From positions 53,878,001-53,942,000 of the forward strand of contig NC_135657.1 in assembly GCF_964188315.1 (NCBI RefSeq): a DNA stretch of 64,000 bases, in the 5' to 3' direction. Below, one piece after another: positions 52,516-64,000 of the stretch. A program made the translations under genes and the position numbers. The notes beneath the pieces were generated by a model. It had not been told where the DNA came from and ran no database searches. It saw nothing but the letters and a program-made list of their open reading frames with translations. Numbering within the stretch: the first letter of the stretch is position 1; each line of letters starts with the position of its first letter. This DNA is from Podarcis muralis (Eukaryota).

Positions 52516-52580
52516 CAGGGATGTCTAACACGTTGATTACGATCTACTGGTCGATCCCTGCGAGGTTTTGGTAGATCGTG
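52516..52580. mobile_element. Left end of a second hAT MITE, truncated
   Basis: cagggatgtctaacacg...gatctactggtcgatc starts directly after ctctagag. Confidence 0.55.
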
Positions 52581-54359
52581 ATTGATTGTTGGCCCCCTTC
52601 CAGCCCTGGCCCCTCTCCCTGTGCTGGTCTCTATTGTCTGTCAAAAGGGAAGCCAGAGTTTAGAAATGGAGGCTGTTATGCTATGCCACCTCCAGAAGCC
52701 CAAGGACCAGGGCCTTTGAATAACCATGGAGATTTAGATCCAGTGGTTCAAAAGTCACCAGCACCCTGTCAGCTTTCAGGGCTTTCTGCTGGCAATTATT
52801 AGTGACAGCATACTGTTCACCTGGGTGAAATTGTAATCTCCACCAAAATGGTACACACACACCCAAACTTATGGAGAGGCAACTGCACACCATCCTAACC
52901 CACCAGCCATCAACCCCCCCCCCCTCTGTGTGTGTGTGTCTCAGGGGTTGCTTTCTAAAGGAGGCATTCAAAGCAGTGAGATGAATTGGAATTCAATGTC
53001 TTAAGGAATTTAAGCCAGAGAAGTAGGATACTAACATTTCAATTATATAAAAGTCTGCTGTAAGAAAGTAAAAAAGGTAATGGGGTAAAATTGTTTTAAA
53101 AATCAGGCATATTTAGTTAAATTTACAATAATAGTTACAATATAATTATTTAATGATTAGGACAGTTTATTACTTGGGTAAATAGATTCTGCTCCATGAT
53201 AGCTCCTCGATACACTGAATAAATAATTGCCAGTCTGAGGGGCATTTGTTCCAGACTAACTGCGGGAGAAAGGACTAGATGGCCTTTTAAAATAACATGT
53301 TGCTCTAAAATTTCAGAGACCCAGTTATTTAGTCAGAGGATTTCTTACTGAATAAAACTGAAGCAGTGAAAAAAATATATATCACCACACTGTTCTTCAA
53401 CTTTCCCCATTTCATGCTGAGTGAAGGGAGTCTGTAGGACAGATACACATAGGCATGCATGCCCACATATACAAAAGGGAAGAAGCAAAAGAACCATGTT
53501 AAAATAATTCTGTTCTAACTGTTGTTTTCCCCAAAGAACTTACTTAAAAATAAAACTGTATTCCTTGACAAAGCTGATAAAAGAAAAAGGAGACGAAAGA
53601 AAAAATGCTTTTGAGTTTTGTGAAAACCCATTCAACTGCTGTCCAGAGGACATGTAGCCTATAGGAAACATCCACTGAGGAAAAACGATGTCACAGTCAA
53701 AGTGCTGCTCAGAGAATGCTCACAGAGACCACCAAGTGGCAATTCTGCAGACTTTCAAATCAAATATTCTCTCTTTTTCAGCCCATAGGAATGTAAAGAA
53801 TTCATCTGATTAGTCTTTCATTTACGATGAGAGGATGAGAGCGGCCCATCAACTGATATGCTTCTGGTGAAGGGAATTTAGTCATTTAAAATAATACAAA
53901 CAGAGGCTCTTTTTGCCCTCAGAGAGTGTATAAAGATTTCCGATATTTTTTTATGTTCTAAGCCTCACACAGGTATATTGGTATATTTCTGGTGCTATTT
54001 GGGGAGAATTAACAAGATGTGGTCTCCAATGAACTCTGTATGTTTCTGAAGTGCTACAGGTATTAGTAAAAACAATTAAGTAGCAAGAGTTATTTTCTTC
54101 TACAGCTGCATTTCACCCTACTAAGCGAATTAATCATTTACTGTACAGCACTCTCTCTATACAGTGTGCATGTAGTCAAAATGGGCAGGTGCTCTTTATT
54201 ACTCACTATTGTAAAAACAAAGAATAGGAGTGTGTGTTTGTGTAGAAATTGAACCTCTGTTGTCCAAACACTGCTTCTAACTCATAGAAAGTTTTTAAAA
54301 TTTCTACCAAATGATAAACCTTTTTAAATAATTCTGAATGCTGTATATTCAAAACACAG

Positions 54360-54500
54360 GCAGGAATGTAGGAAGATTCCTTACAATGTTGGATCCACTG
54401 TCAGCACAGCCTAGCAAAAGCTCTCCAGGATTTAAGACAAGGGCTTTTCCCTGCCCTACATGGACGCATCAGGGACCAAAACTGAGACATTGTGTGCTGA
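54360..54500 (-). mobile_element. Old Squam2-like SINE fragment
   Basis: aggaatgtaggaagattccttac...ctctccagg...cttttccctgccctac resembles the reverse of Squam2. Confidence 0.5.
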
Positions 54501-55460
54501 TGTCACAGTAGGTTAGCCAGGTGAAATGCCGTGCCAGCTGCAACTGTTGTAATCAACTCTCCTACACAAGTATTGAAGGCAAAAGGCCCTGTTTTCTTCT
54601 TTATCGGGTTACCCTCTATCCTAGTTTACTAGCTGAGCTTTTTACTGAACAGAGCTGTGGGAGAAAGATGGTGGATTACTATACAGGAGGCTGGAATCAA
54701 TTCATTCTATAAATTCACACAATAAAGGCAACAAAAGGAAGGGAAAATGTGCCCATTACCGAGGTGCCCATACCGATGCGAGCAATGAAGGCAGTGTGTA
54801 CAAAGGAACAGTGCATGTATCGCATGTCTTAACCTACCAGGTTTAATTCCCAGCATCTCCAGTTAAAAGGATCTTAAATGGAAGGGGCTGGAGAGACATC
54901 TGTCTGAGACTGCCAGCCAAATTAATCTGTAGGAGCTAGCAGGCCCAATGTTTTGAGTCACCATGAAACAGTGTGGTAGATACATATTCTTGCTCAACAT
55001 GATTTTGTGCTTTAAAAATGTAAAGCTATTTCCTCCCCATTGGAAGTGGCTTGTCTCACACTGCCTGAGGTAAAAAGACAAACATATTTAGAAAAGAGCC
55101 TCATCTTTCACTCTGTACACCGATAAGGTATCAACTCTTCCTTCAACTGATGCCAATAGCAGCTGCTACAACTGCACTCACAGAATGAATAAAACATTTA
55201 ATGTGTACTATAATTTAATCCGCAAATCAAAATGTAGAAGTTCCAGAAAAACATTAGTGATCAGAAGTAGTGCTGCGTTCCAGAAATAATGCATTACCAA
55301 ACTATGTAGAATGAGAAGCTGGCTGATTTGTTTTTTAAAGAAAGAATGGGGAGGGACAAGCAATCTTCAGTTCTCTGTTCCTCCTCGAAGGCACCCAGAA
55401 AGAGCCTGGCCCACACGTATGGCCTCGACTCTGGGTATTAAAATATTCATCTCTCTTTAC

Positions 55461-55499
55461 CTCAATGTCAGTTGCATGCAAACTGCCTTTCCTCTCCCT
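55461..55499 (-). other. Candidate 39-nt frame-preserving exon
   Basis: ttaatgtttcag|AGGGAG...ATTGAG|gtaaag; phase 0 reads RERKGSLHATDIE. Confidence 0.2.
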
Positions 55500-56574
55500 C
55501 TGAAACATTAACCTCTGCTCTCTAGGTGATACCAACCACGGATAGAATTAACACAGTCTTTCCCATACACAGTCTCCCTTCAGCTACAAGGCTCTCAATA
55601 TATGCCATTTCAAGGTGTCTCTCTTTGGCATTTGAAGTATCCATTACAAAACGGACGTTTAAAAAGGTTTGTGTGCTTTTCACACAGATGTAACCACTCC
55701 CACACTCCACTAGCTTATCATAAGGACTATTTACTAGAAATATTATGTGATAACCTTAACTTCATGTGTTCTTTAAAAACAAAAAAAATAGGGGACATTC
55801 AGTAAAAGGGAAGAGTTCATAATGTCTCCCTTGTGGGACACTAAGGAGTATGAATAATAATCTCATGTGGCTTTATTATTAGAGGACTTTATAAGATAAA
55901 GCTCCCAGAAGATTTTTTTTTTAAGTTACTACAGTCAGTTAAAAGCAATGAGGTTGAAGGTAGCCATCCAGGTTTTATAAAAATGCATATGATAAATGTT
56001 GCATTTAAAATACATGCTATAATGTGCTTTTTATACTAGTCTGAGTTTCCTTCTTCCCATTAAGATAGTTACTAAACCAAGCAAAAAGAAACATATAAGC
56101 AAGCAAACAAACAAATAAACAAAAATTTCATCTCTGAATGAACAATACATTTTTCAATGTGAACGTCCTAAGGGAAATCACTTCTAAATTAGCCCTGCAA
56201 AGTGTGTTAGCAGAATGTTCCAGGAGGATATTCTTTTGTGATTCAGAAGGGACATTAGTGTTGCTTATGCCACAGCTAACTGCTGCAAGTGAAAGGCATC
56301 TTCCCTACATCTTTTTCCTGTAAAGGAGGCAGCTAAAGGAGAAAATCCCAAACAAACTTTGCTACTAGCTTTGCTATCTGCTCTGCCTCCACAGTAAGAG
56401 GCAGCATGCTTCTGAATACTAGTTGCCAGAAACCGCAGGAGGGGAGAGCGCTCCAGTGGTCGGGTTCTGCTTGTGGGATTTCCATAGGCATCTGGCTGGT
56501 GAGTGGTATACCCAGTGCTTTTTTCCTTTAAAAATGTTTTGGAGTACTCTCATTTTCCTCCTTGTATTGAAAAA

Positions 56575-56766
56575 CAGTCATACCTCGGGTTGAATGTGCT
56601 TCGGGATGAGCGCATTCAAGTTGAGCTCCGTGGCGACCCGGAAGTAACGGAACACATTACTTCCGGGTTTCGCCACTTGCGCAGACGTGCTGTCGCTAGT
56701 TACACTTGCTTCTAGATGCGAACGGGGCTCTGGAACGGATCCCGTTCGCATCTAGAGGTACCACTG
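56575..56766 (-). mobile_element. Tigger/pogo-like MITE with asymmetric termini
   Basis: cagtcatacctcgggttg ... catctagaggtaccactg + TA; reverse-oriented relative of 29578-29812. Confidence 0.85.
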
Positions 56767-59689
56767 TACTGCCCCTCAATGAGGCCAAACCTAGATTCAC
56801 AAAATGTTTAGGGGTATGCATCCCTCTGTGTCCCCCCAGGAAAAAAAGCACATTTACTGTTTGTACAACACACACACACATTCATACTATAATGCAATCC
56901 CTGGGATCTGATATATCTGTAGCAGGAAAGGGAAAACCTAAATCTCCTAGACCGCTTTTGCTATTTTACATTTAACAAATGAGAAACTGATACGCTCATT
57001 TCTATCACCAGAACTATCCCCACAATTTCGCCCTTCAACATACCCGTGCACATGCACTCTTGCTGGCCACTATGTACAGAAGGCCCATGCATGGGAAGGT
57101 GAAGGAATTTCCTGCTAGAGAACCAAGCAACCCAGACTCATCTTATTCCAGCTCTTGGGTAACAGGAGCTTGAAGACATGTTTGCTGGGTACTTTGATGA
57201 CCTTTGGGAGACTGCGTAAAGTCTCAGTTTCTGTGCTGTGATCTATTGCTCAGCTTGAATACTGTATGCGGGAATAGGGGCAAAGCAGTGCAGCAGGTGT
57301 AGGGGAAGCTCTCATACTTCCTATTATGGCCCAAACTAGGAATATACTATTTACGGGTGACTTTGTTATCTTTATGCAAATAATGAAACAGAAAGGCCCA
57401 AAGAGCAATTTCCCCGTCAGTTACATACAGAGCAAAACCTCAGAGCTCTATTTAGAAGGCCTAATTCTCCATCTCCTGATATAGCAAATGATTCTATTTT
57501 GTAGCACATTTCATACCTGCATTAAGCACAAAAGCTCAGCTGGATTTAAAAGTGTAATGTTGTGATTTTAATGAAATTGTGTTTAATGTAAGTTAGTTTC
57601 TCAGCAGGTAAAGTTGCTAGCGTTCTGATAATATATGTGGGGAATGAACATTTCAGGCAAAAACTGAAGCAAGCAGGTAACACATAAGATATTTTAAGGC
57701 CATTCAAATGGTTTTAAAGTATGTGCTGCATAGATTTCCCCTGGAATTCTGCTTGAAGCTCAACATTGTATAACGATGGGTGAAAGTGTCAGAGAAATGA
57801 GGAGGGAATCTGATTCTTGTATATAGGATCAAAGACTATAAAACACAGGAGACAATAAAAAGAAAGAAAGCAAGAAAAAGAAGTATTAAATAAAGGCATG
57901 ATGAATGACATATACATTCTTGTGATAATTCCTACCCTGCTTTATTGCTCAATAATGATCATACAATGCTATACTTCATTGATCACTGCTTGAATCTATG
58001 CTTCATTTCCTCCACATATGTTAAACACCTTTGACTTGAATTCACTTCATGTAACTTTTCAGTACTTTCTTTTTAGTGTGAAAGGAAATGGAATATAAAT
58101 ACTGAATGAAGAAAAATCATTCACCATTATTGTTCTTCAAGTTCTATAGCGTTAGGAAATTCTTTGAGGTTCAAAAGCTGTCGTGGCAACACAGGGCACT
58201 ACAGCAAGTTTCTCGACATATTAAGGGCACGCCTTGGGCTAAAATCCACTTTGCCCAAGAGCCTCAAAGGCTTAATAAAGGGTTCTTCATACAAAGAGAT
58301 CTTTGAATAGCAGGACAACAGACTGCGCTTCCCCAGGACATAGGCACCTGCTGAACCAAGTTGCTCAAAGCATACTGACAACCTGATCCTAAACACTTTA
58401 TTTAGAAGCAAGTCCCAAATGATTCCCATGGAAGGTCTTCAGGAATGGGGTGTCAAATCATTTGATTTTTTTCACTACTCTATACTGTATTTTTTTTAAC
58501 GTATTATCATTCTCCAGTATTATGGTTCTATTTAAGATTATTAATATGTTGCAGAGCATCAATTCACAAAAAGACTCTACTTAATTATCCAGTTATATTA
58601 GTTTAGCAGAAAAACATGCTGTCTTACCAATACATCAAACATTCCGTAAATGCTCCCTAGCACTGGCATAAAAGTTTTTTTTTTATAGAATTGGTGACGG
58701 GGAGGAAAATAAAAGAAAGGAAATATCGGCAGGTTGAAACTGGCCCATTACTGTAATGGAGAGTGGGGTGCCTTGGGGATTTGTAGGACCTGTTCTAGAA
58801 ACCATTTTAATTATTATACTCAAGCAAGTGGACAAAAAACATCCACACATCATACTGAATGATTTACAACACTCCCTCCTAAAATAGTCCACAAAGAAGG
58901 AAGCAATAGTATTAGAATAATTAGAAACATAAAAGTTATTTGCACACACACAATTTTTTGTATGTACTTCAGTGCACATAGATTCCTTGATTGCATCAAA
59001 CTGTGAGGCAAAATTAAGAAAATAATCCAAATGACAAATTATTGGGCACTGAACTGGTTACTAGGGCAGCAATACTATACCAACTTGACTAGAACTAAGA
59101 TTGTGTAGATTCAATTGAAGTTACCACTACTTCTGAGTAGGTATGTATAGGATTGTGCTGCAGACCTAAAGCTGCATTGTGGCCCATCTGTAACCAATAG
59201 CTCTGAAGGAGCGAAGTGCAGCCTAAACCAGATCAACCTAACGATGCACATTTTCCTCTGTGATGGGAATGTTCCAGTCCCATTGGGGAAAAGAAGAACC
59301 AAAGTCTTGTGTCTCTTTCTTATTACCTAACAGCACAGGGTCATCCGTAGTGACTGTTTACATCTAACCTATCTGTGAATTTCAGCTTCTCCCCTTTATT
59401 TTTCTGCTCGATATGCACTACTTTCTGGGCCTTGCTAAGTGTAGGCACATTCTCCCCAACCCCATTTCAGTATTGTGAAGATAAGATAGACACCATGCCA
59501 AAAAGTTACAACTGGAAAAAGTTAAGTGTTAAAAAATTTAAATGATCTGATACGTCAAAAACCCTCATATTGAATAAAATATTTAAAAGAGTAGTACACC
59601 ATCTCAGAATGAACAGCTAAGAAGAAATGTGATTCAAATATGTAAAATGGTAGATGCTGTGGAACAAGTGAATAATTTACTCTCATATA

Positions 59690-59921
59690 TAGTGGTACCT
59701 CGGGTTACATACGCTTCAGGTTACAGACTCCACTAACCCAGAAATAGTACCTCGGGTTAAGAACTTTGCTTCAGGATGAGAACAGAAATCATGCTTTGGC
59801 GGTGCGGCGGCAGCGGGAGGCCCCGTTAGCTAAAGTGGTGCTTCAGGTTAAGAACAGTTTCAGGTTAACAACGGACCTCTGGAACGAATTACCGGTAAGT
59901 ACTTAACCCGAGGTACCACTG
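59690..59921. mobile_element. Tigger-like MITE
   Basis: TIRs tagtggtacctcgggtta / taacccgaggtaccactg, flanked by TA; closely similar to 46629-46870. Confidence 0.9.
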
Positions 59922-60077
59922 TAATAGCTTAGTGTTGGTGCACAAGTGTGTGGCTCTCAGAGAGAAACTCACAACCACTTTGCTCTTCACTGGACCATTG
60001 GGTTGCTGCACTGTGCTGAGCTAAGCCAAGATTTGGCTTAGTGTGTTGTCTAAACCTGGGCTTGTGTTTACGCTGTC

Positions 60078-60126
60078 TACATACATACATACATACATAC
60101 ATACATACATAAGCAAGCAAGCAAGC
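60078..60126. repeat. Compound (ATAC)n(AAGC)n microsatellite
   Basis: Direct reading. Confidence 0.95.
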
Positions 60127-63100
60127 TTAATTTCACATAACTTCTGATTTAGATGACACCCTAATCTAAACCTTGGCTTAGCTCAGTGCACCATGATCAG
60201 AGAGGAGCAAAATGTCTGAGACACACTCTAAGTTAACATTTGGCTGAGTGTGACATGTAAACCAGGTCAATGACAGAACTAGCGAGCAGTCAATTCAATT
60301 AATATACAGCAGATTTAAATGATGACAATTTATTTTACACATCATATATATGGCCAATTGAGCTCCCTTCTACCATTGGTGGTGGTAGTAGATGGTATTA
60401 ATTATTAGAAAGGACCTTGCTTACGCATAAATGGAGACCTAACATGAAATTACAAACGGCACACTGAATGATGACATCATCATCATCATTATCATTAATC
60501 AATATTTGGGGAATGGTAAGGCATCCTTAATTACACTGTTGTCAAATGTAATGCTTTTCCCACCAAGAAAATGTAAAAGTATGTGTTTACACTGTTCAAA
60601 ACATACAATTTCATCTACACAAGCTCAATCTACAGATGACTATTGCACCTGATTTTTTAAAAAGTATACTGAATTAGAGGGCAAAACAACAACACCAGTT
60701 CTACACAAAGCAAGCCAAGACGGATTGTACCATTAGGAGGTATAATGCGTACAATGCCTCTTTCAATAGATCTGTCATTGTCCAAAGGTTTGCCACCTAT
60801 CCAATATGGGGGCAGGGGGAGATTGGGGATCAGAGTTTTGAATATTCATGTTCTATATTAATATGTTCTTTATCAACACAATGGCCATTCTGTTTTAAGA
60901 GTCCAAACAGCTACTTTAAGCATACCTAGGGCTCAGGCCCAAAGTCCAAGGGCATAGCATGTCACTAGTCACAATAGCTGAGAATTTCTTGGTGTGTGCA
61001 GAATCTTGCACACTTGATGCTACACGGATATTAGACAGCAGCAGTGGTACGTTTTAGTTCAATGAAATTCCCTAGCAGAACCAAGATTTCACTATTTACT
61101 GTTAAAGTGGTGCTCCTTATAGTTTTCAGTCAATTGTGAAAGAGTATTTGTGAAGCTTTGTGCAAAAATGCATTGAAAATGGCTTTGAAAAATTTCAACA
61201 TATAGTACAAATCACTCATCAGGAAATATTATGCATATTTTCTAATCCTTCGATGCCAGAAACAGTGGTGGGAGTGATGGGGGGGGGGGAATTAAATGAA
61301 TTTAAAGCTGCTGAAAACTGATGTCTACCAAATAAGAAATAAAATAAGCAGTGCAGTTGTATAGTCAATGAAAAAATAACTGTTATGAAATATTCATTTG
61401 AAAAGTAATTAAGGCTTGCAATTGAAAAGCTAACCTTTCACAACACAAAATAATCATGCAGCTTGAAGATTAACACATTCTGTGTCCTCCAGTGCTCATT
61501 ACAATTTAAGATTTCAGCCACAGTGGTGCTTGGATTGCTTTTCTGTATTTTTCAAAGTTTAAAAGAAATCTAATCAAGATTAGAGCTTTACCAGAATCAT
61601 GCCTTCATTCTACCATACTTACTGTGGTTTTTGACTCTGAGTAATTTACTTAACCAAACACATCTTTACAAGGTCTTGAAGGGTTGAAAATGAGTGACTT
61701 CAAGCAGAACTGACAATCCATCCCTATAAACTATGAGTGATTAACCCATCAAGAAGAAACATTTTAAAATTCTTTTCATCCTAGGCAATCAATATCCCCA
61801 AGGATGTTTACTTTTATACAGATTTATAAACAAACCACTGTGCAAATACAAATCTATCAACTATTAAAAAATTCTTTTTTCTAATTTTCAGCTCTAAATT
61901 TTTCTTACACCAGGTATCTCATAATTAGATCTTCCGCAGTCTAAGCGCATACAGAATCTGGGGATTATTCATTAGGGGAAGGAATTAGAAGGATTTTAGG
62001 CTTCAATGGCCTGAACATGCTATTAGTCTGCATTTGGCTATTTGGTGGGTAAGCAGAGCAGTCTCTAAAGCGCCACCGGCAGATAACAATAAATTCTCAA
62101 AATGAGACTTAACACCTGCTTTTCTAATCTTGAGGAAGAGAAAAGGCTGATTCAGCAGACGTATGGCACCCATCAGAGCCACACACATGCCCCTGGTGTC
62201 ACACCAAATGCAGGCTGTACATACACAAGGCTGGAGAGTCAAAGATCACAACATGAGTTAATAAACCATGCAGCTGAGTCCATGGCAACACAGCATCACA
62301 TATTAAGAAATACCGTATTCTACAAATATGCAAGGGAGCATGCAGAATCAGTGACTGTTTCCCTTTGAGGGAAGAGTTTATGGAAACAAAACAAGAGGGT
62401 GGCGTGTGGAAAGCTGTTTTATTCAGGAGTCCTCTGATGTGCCCTCCAAAATGCACAGCCTGTCTTTGATAAGATTAAAGATATAGTGAAACTTTAATAA
62501 AGAGACAGAAGCATGCATAATCTATGGGTTGTATTCAACATTGCTTTAAGTAGATCGTTCCATCAGTGCTGCACAACAGAATAATCTCACCCCGTGCCCC
62601 CCCTAAATCTGTTTTGGAGGTTTCCCCAACCCTCCAGAGCAGATTTGGGGTGGGCAAGTAGAGGGGGGGGGATTCTGTTGGGGTAGTGCTGATGCTTGTG
62701 CTAGTGCAACTATTTCGTTGAAAGCCACTTCATATGTGGGTTTTATATACCATCTTAATTCTCTATACGCTACACTACAGCGATATGTATATGATCTTGC
62801 TTTCCACCATCTCATGTAGCGAATCAAGCATAGATAGCTGTAAACACGGGTGCTGAAAAAGAACTTGTTGATTTTTAAATTTTATTTTAAATGTATGTGA
62901 AGATGACCTATTAACTTGTGTTTGCAGAGTAGCTGGTCACAGAAAACGGTCTGACAGGTTTCCCCTCTGCAGACATGTCCCCAAGGAATAGACAGTGTGA
63001 GGGCAGTACTGACAGCAGATGCAATAGCAGAGGGTGGGTTGGTGTGCATGGCCCTGCTCTCTTCCCCACACAATTTGAACTGACTGCAGACTAACACATA

Positions 63101-63436
63101 AACGGGGCTAGATACTAGCAAAGAAATGTCTTCAGGGCAACCAGAGGCAACATTTGCATTATTTGACAATGTACATCTTGGGGAGAAGAGGCGGCTCAAC
63201 GTATCATGTGATATTGTTCTATACGGCCCTGGAATAAATTTTGACAATGGGTGGCATATAAAGGTTTAAAATAAATAAATGTGGGGAATAGTAATGACGC
63301 TGTGTGTTACTGTGTGTGTGCCTGGTTATGAACAGACGGGAGGAGGGAGGGAAGCAAAAGGGATTAATTGAGCCCTATGGGGATTCCCTCCCCAACACAT
63401 AGTGGACTGTGCTCTGTTTTTAAAAGCAAGAACTGC

Positions 63437-63479
<43 letters not shown>

Positions 63480-63493
63480 GATAGATAGAGATA
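63437..63493. repeat. (GATA)n microsatellite
   Basis: Direct reading. Confidence 0.97.
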
Positions 63494-64000
63494 AAAATTA
63501 TTTTCTATCCTTGGCAGCCAACACTAACAAGTGTCTATACTGCATTTACACTGTTAAGCAGCTGATTCTTTGTTATGGGCCCACAGGGGATATTGGATAC
63601 TGTGAGAAACGTATCACTCTATAAATAAGAAAACGGATACTGTTAGTTATTAACTGTTTTATTATGAACACTTTAAATATTACATAAAACATATAAGCTG
63701 ATTCCTAGCCCTTTAAACCAATGGATGTGATCCTGCCAAAATTAAGCCCTTTAAAGTCAAACTGATATCAGCTTGACCTACTGAGATGAGTGAAACTTTA
63801 TCAGTACTAAACCAACTTGATGATGCGCAAGACTAGCAAAATACAGATTCTCTCCCCGCTCTCCTTTCTCTTCTTTTTTTTTAATTGGGGAAGTTGTTTA
63901 TAAAGCTGTGGGATTACAGCAAGAACTAAACAAAACACAGCACCTTGCAAACCTGTATACAATTGTTTTTCTACCACACTTCGCATCTTGCCTTCTGTTC

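Noticed and set aside
1-64000. CRISPR arrays, operons or other prokaryotic systems
   Set aside because: The sequence is vertebrate, intron-like and SINE/LINE-rich, with no repeat-spacer arrays or gene-dense blocks.

Overview
Non-coding vertebrate genomic DNA from a squamate reptile, most likely a lacertid lizard. The call rests on recognising Sauria/Squam1, Squam2 and Squam3 SINEs, a BovB 3' end, and RTE, CR1, L2 and L1 LINE remnants. I could not identify any intact protein-coding gene. The only ORFs with recognisable protein motifs are decayed retrotransposon fragments: RTE RT at 16.2-17.9 kb, L1 ORF2 C-terminus at 8.3-8.8 kb, CR1 RT at 36.9 kb and L2 RT at 47.4 kb. An A-rich plus strand, mostly plus-oriented LINEs and several consensus minus-strand splice donors suggest the window lies in long introns or the 5' region of a large minus-strand gene that I cannot name. 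A promoter-like cluster sits at 25.0-26.3 kb. Many non-autonomous DNA transposons are present: hAT with 8-bp TSDs and Tc1/mariner with TA sites. The most unusual non-repeat features are two short local duplications with exon-shaped cores (14.1/18.1 kb and 36.4/36.8 kb), a few microexon-shaped sequences, a palindromic Sauria SINE pair, and an unexplained ORF-rich stretch at 10.4-11.75 kb. There is no evidence here for a confidently new biological system; the findings are leads. All family names are from recall, not database searches.
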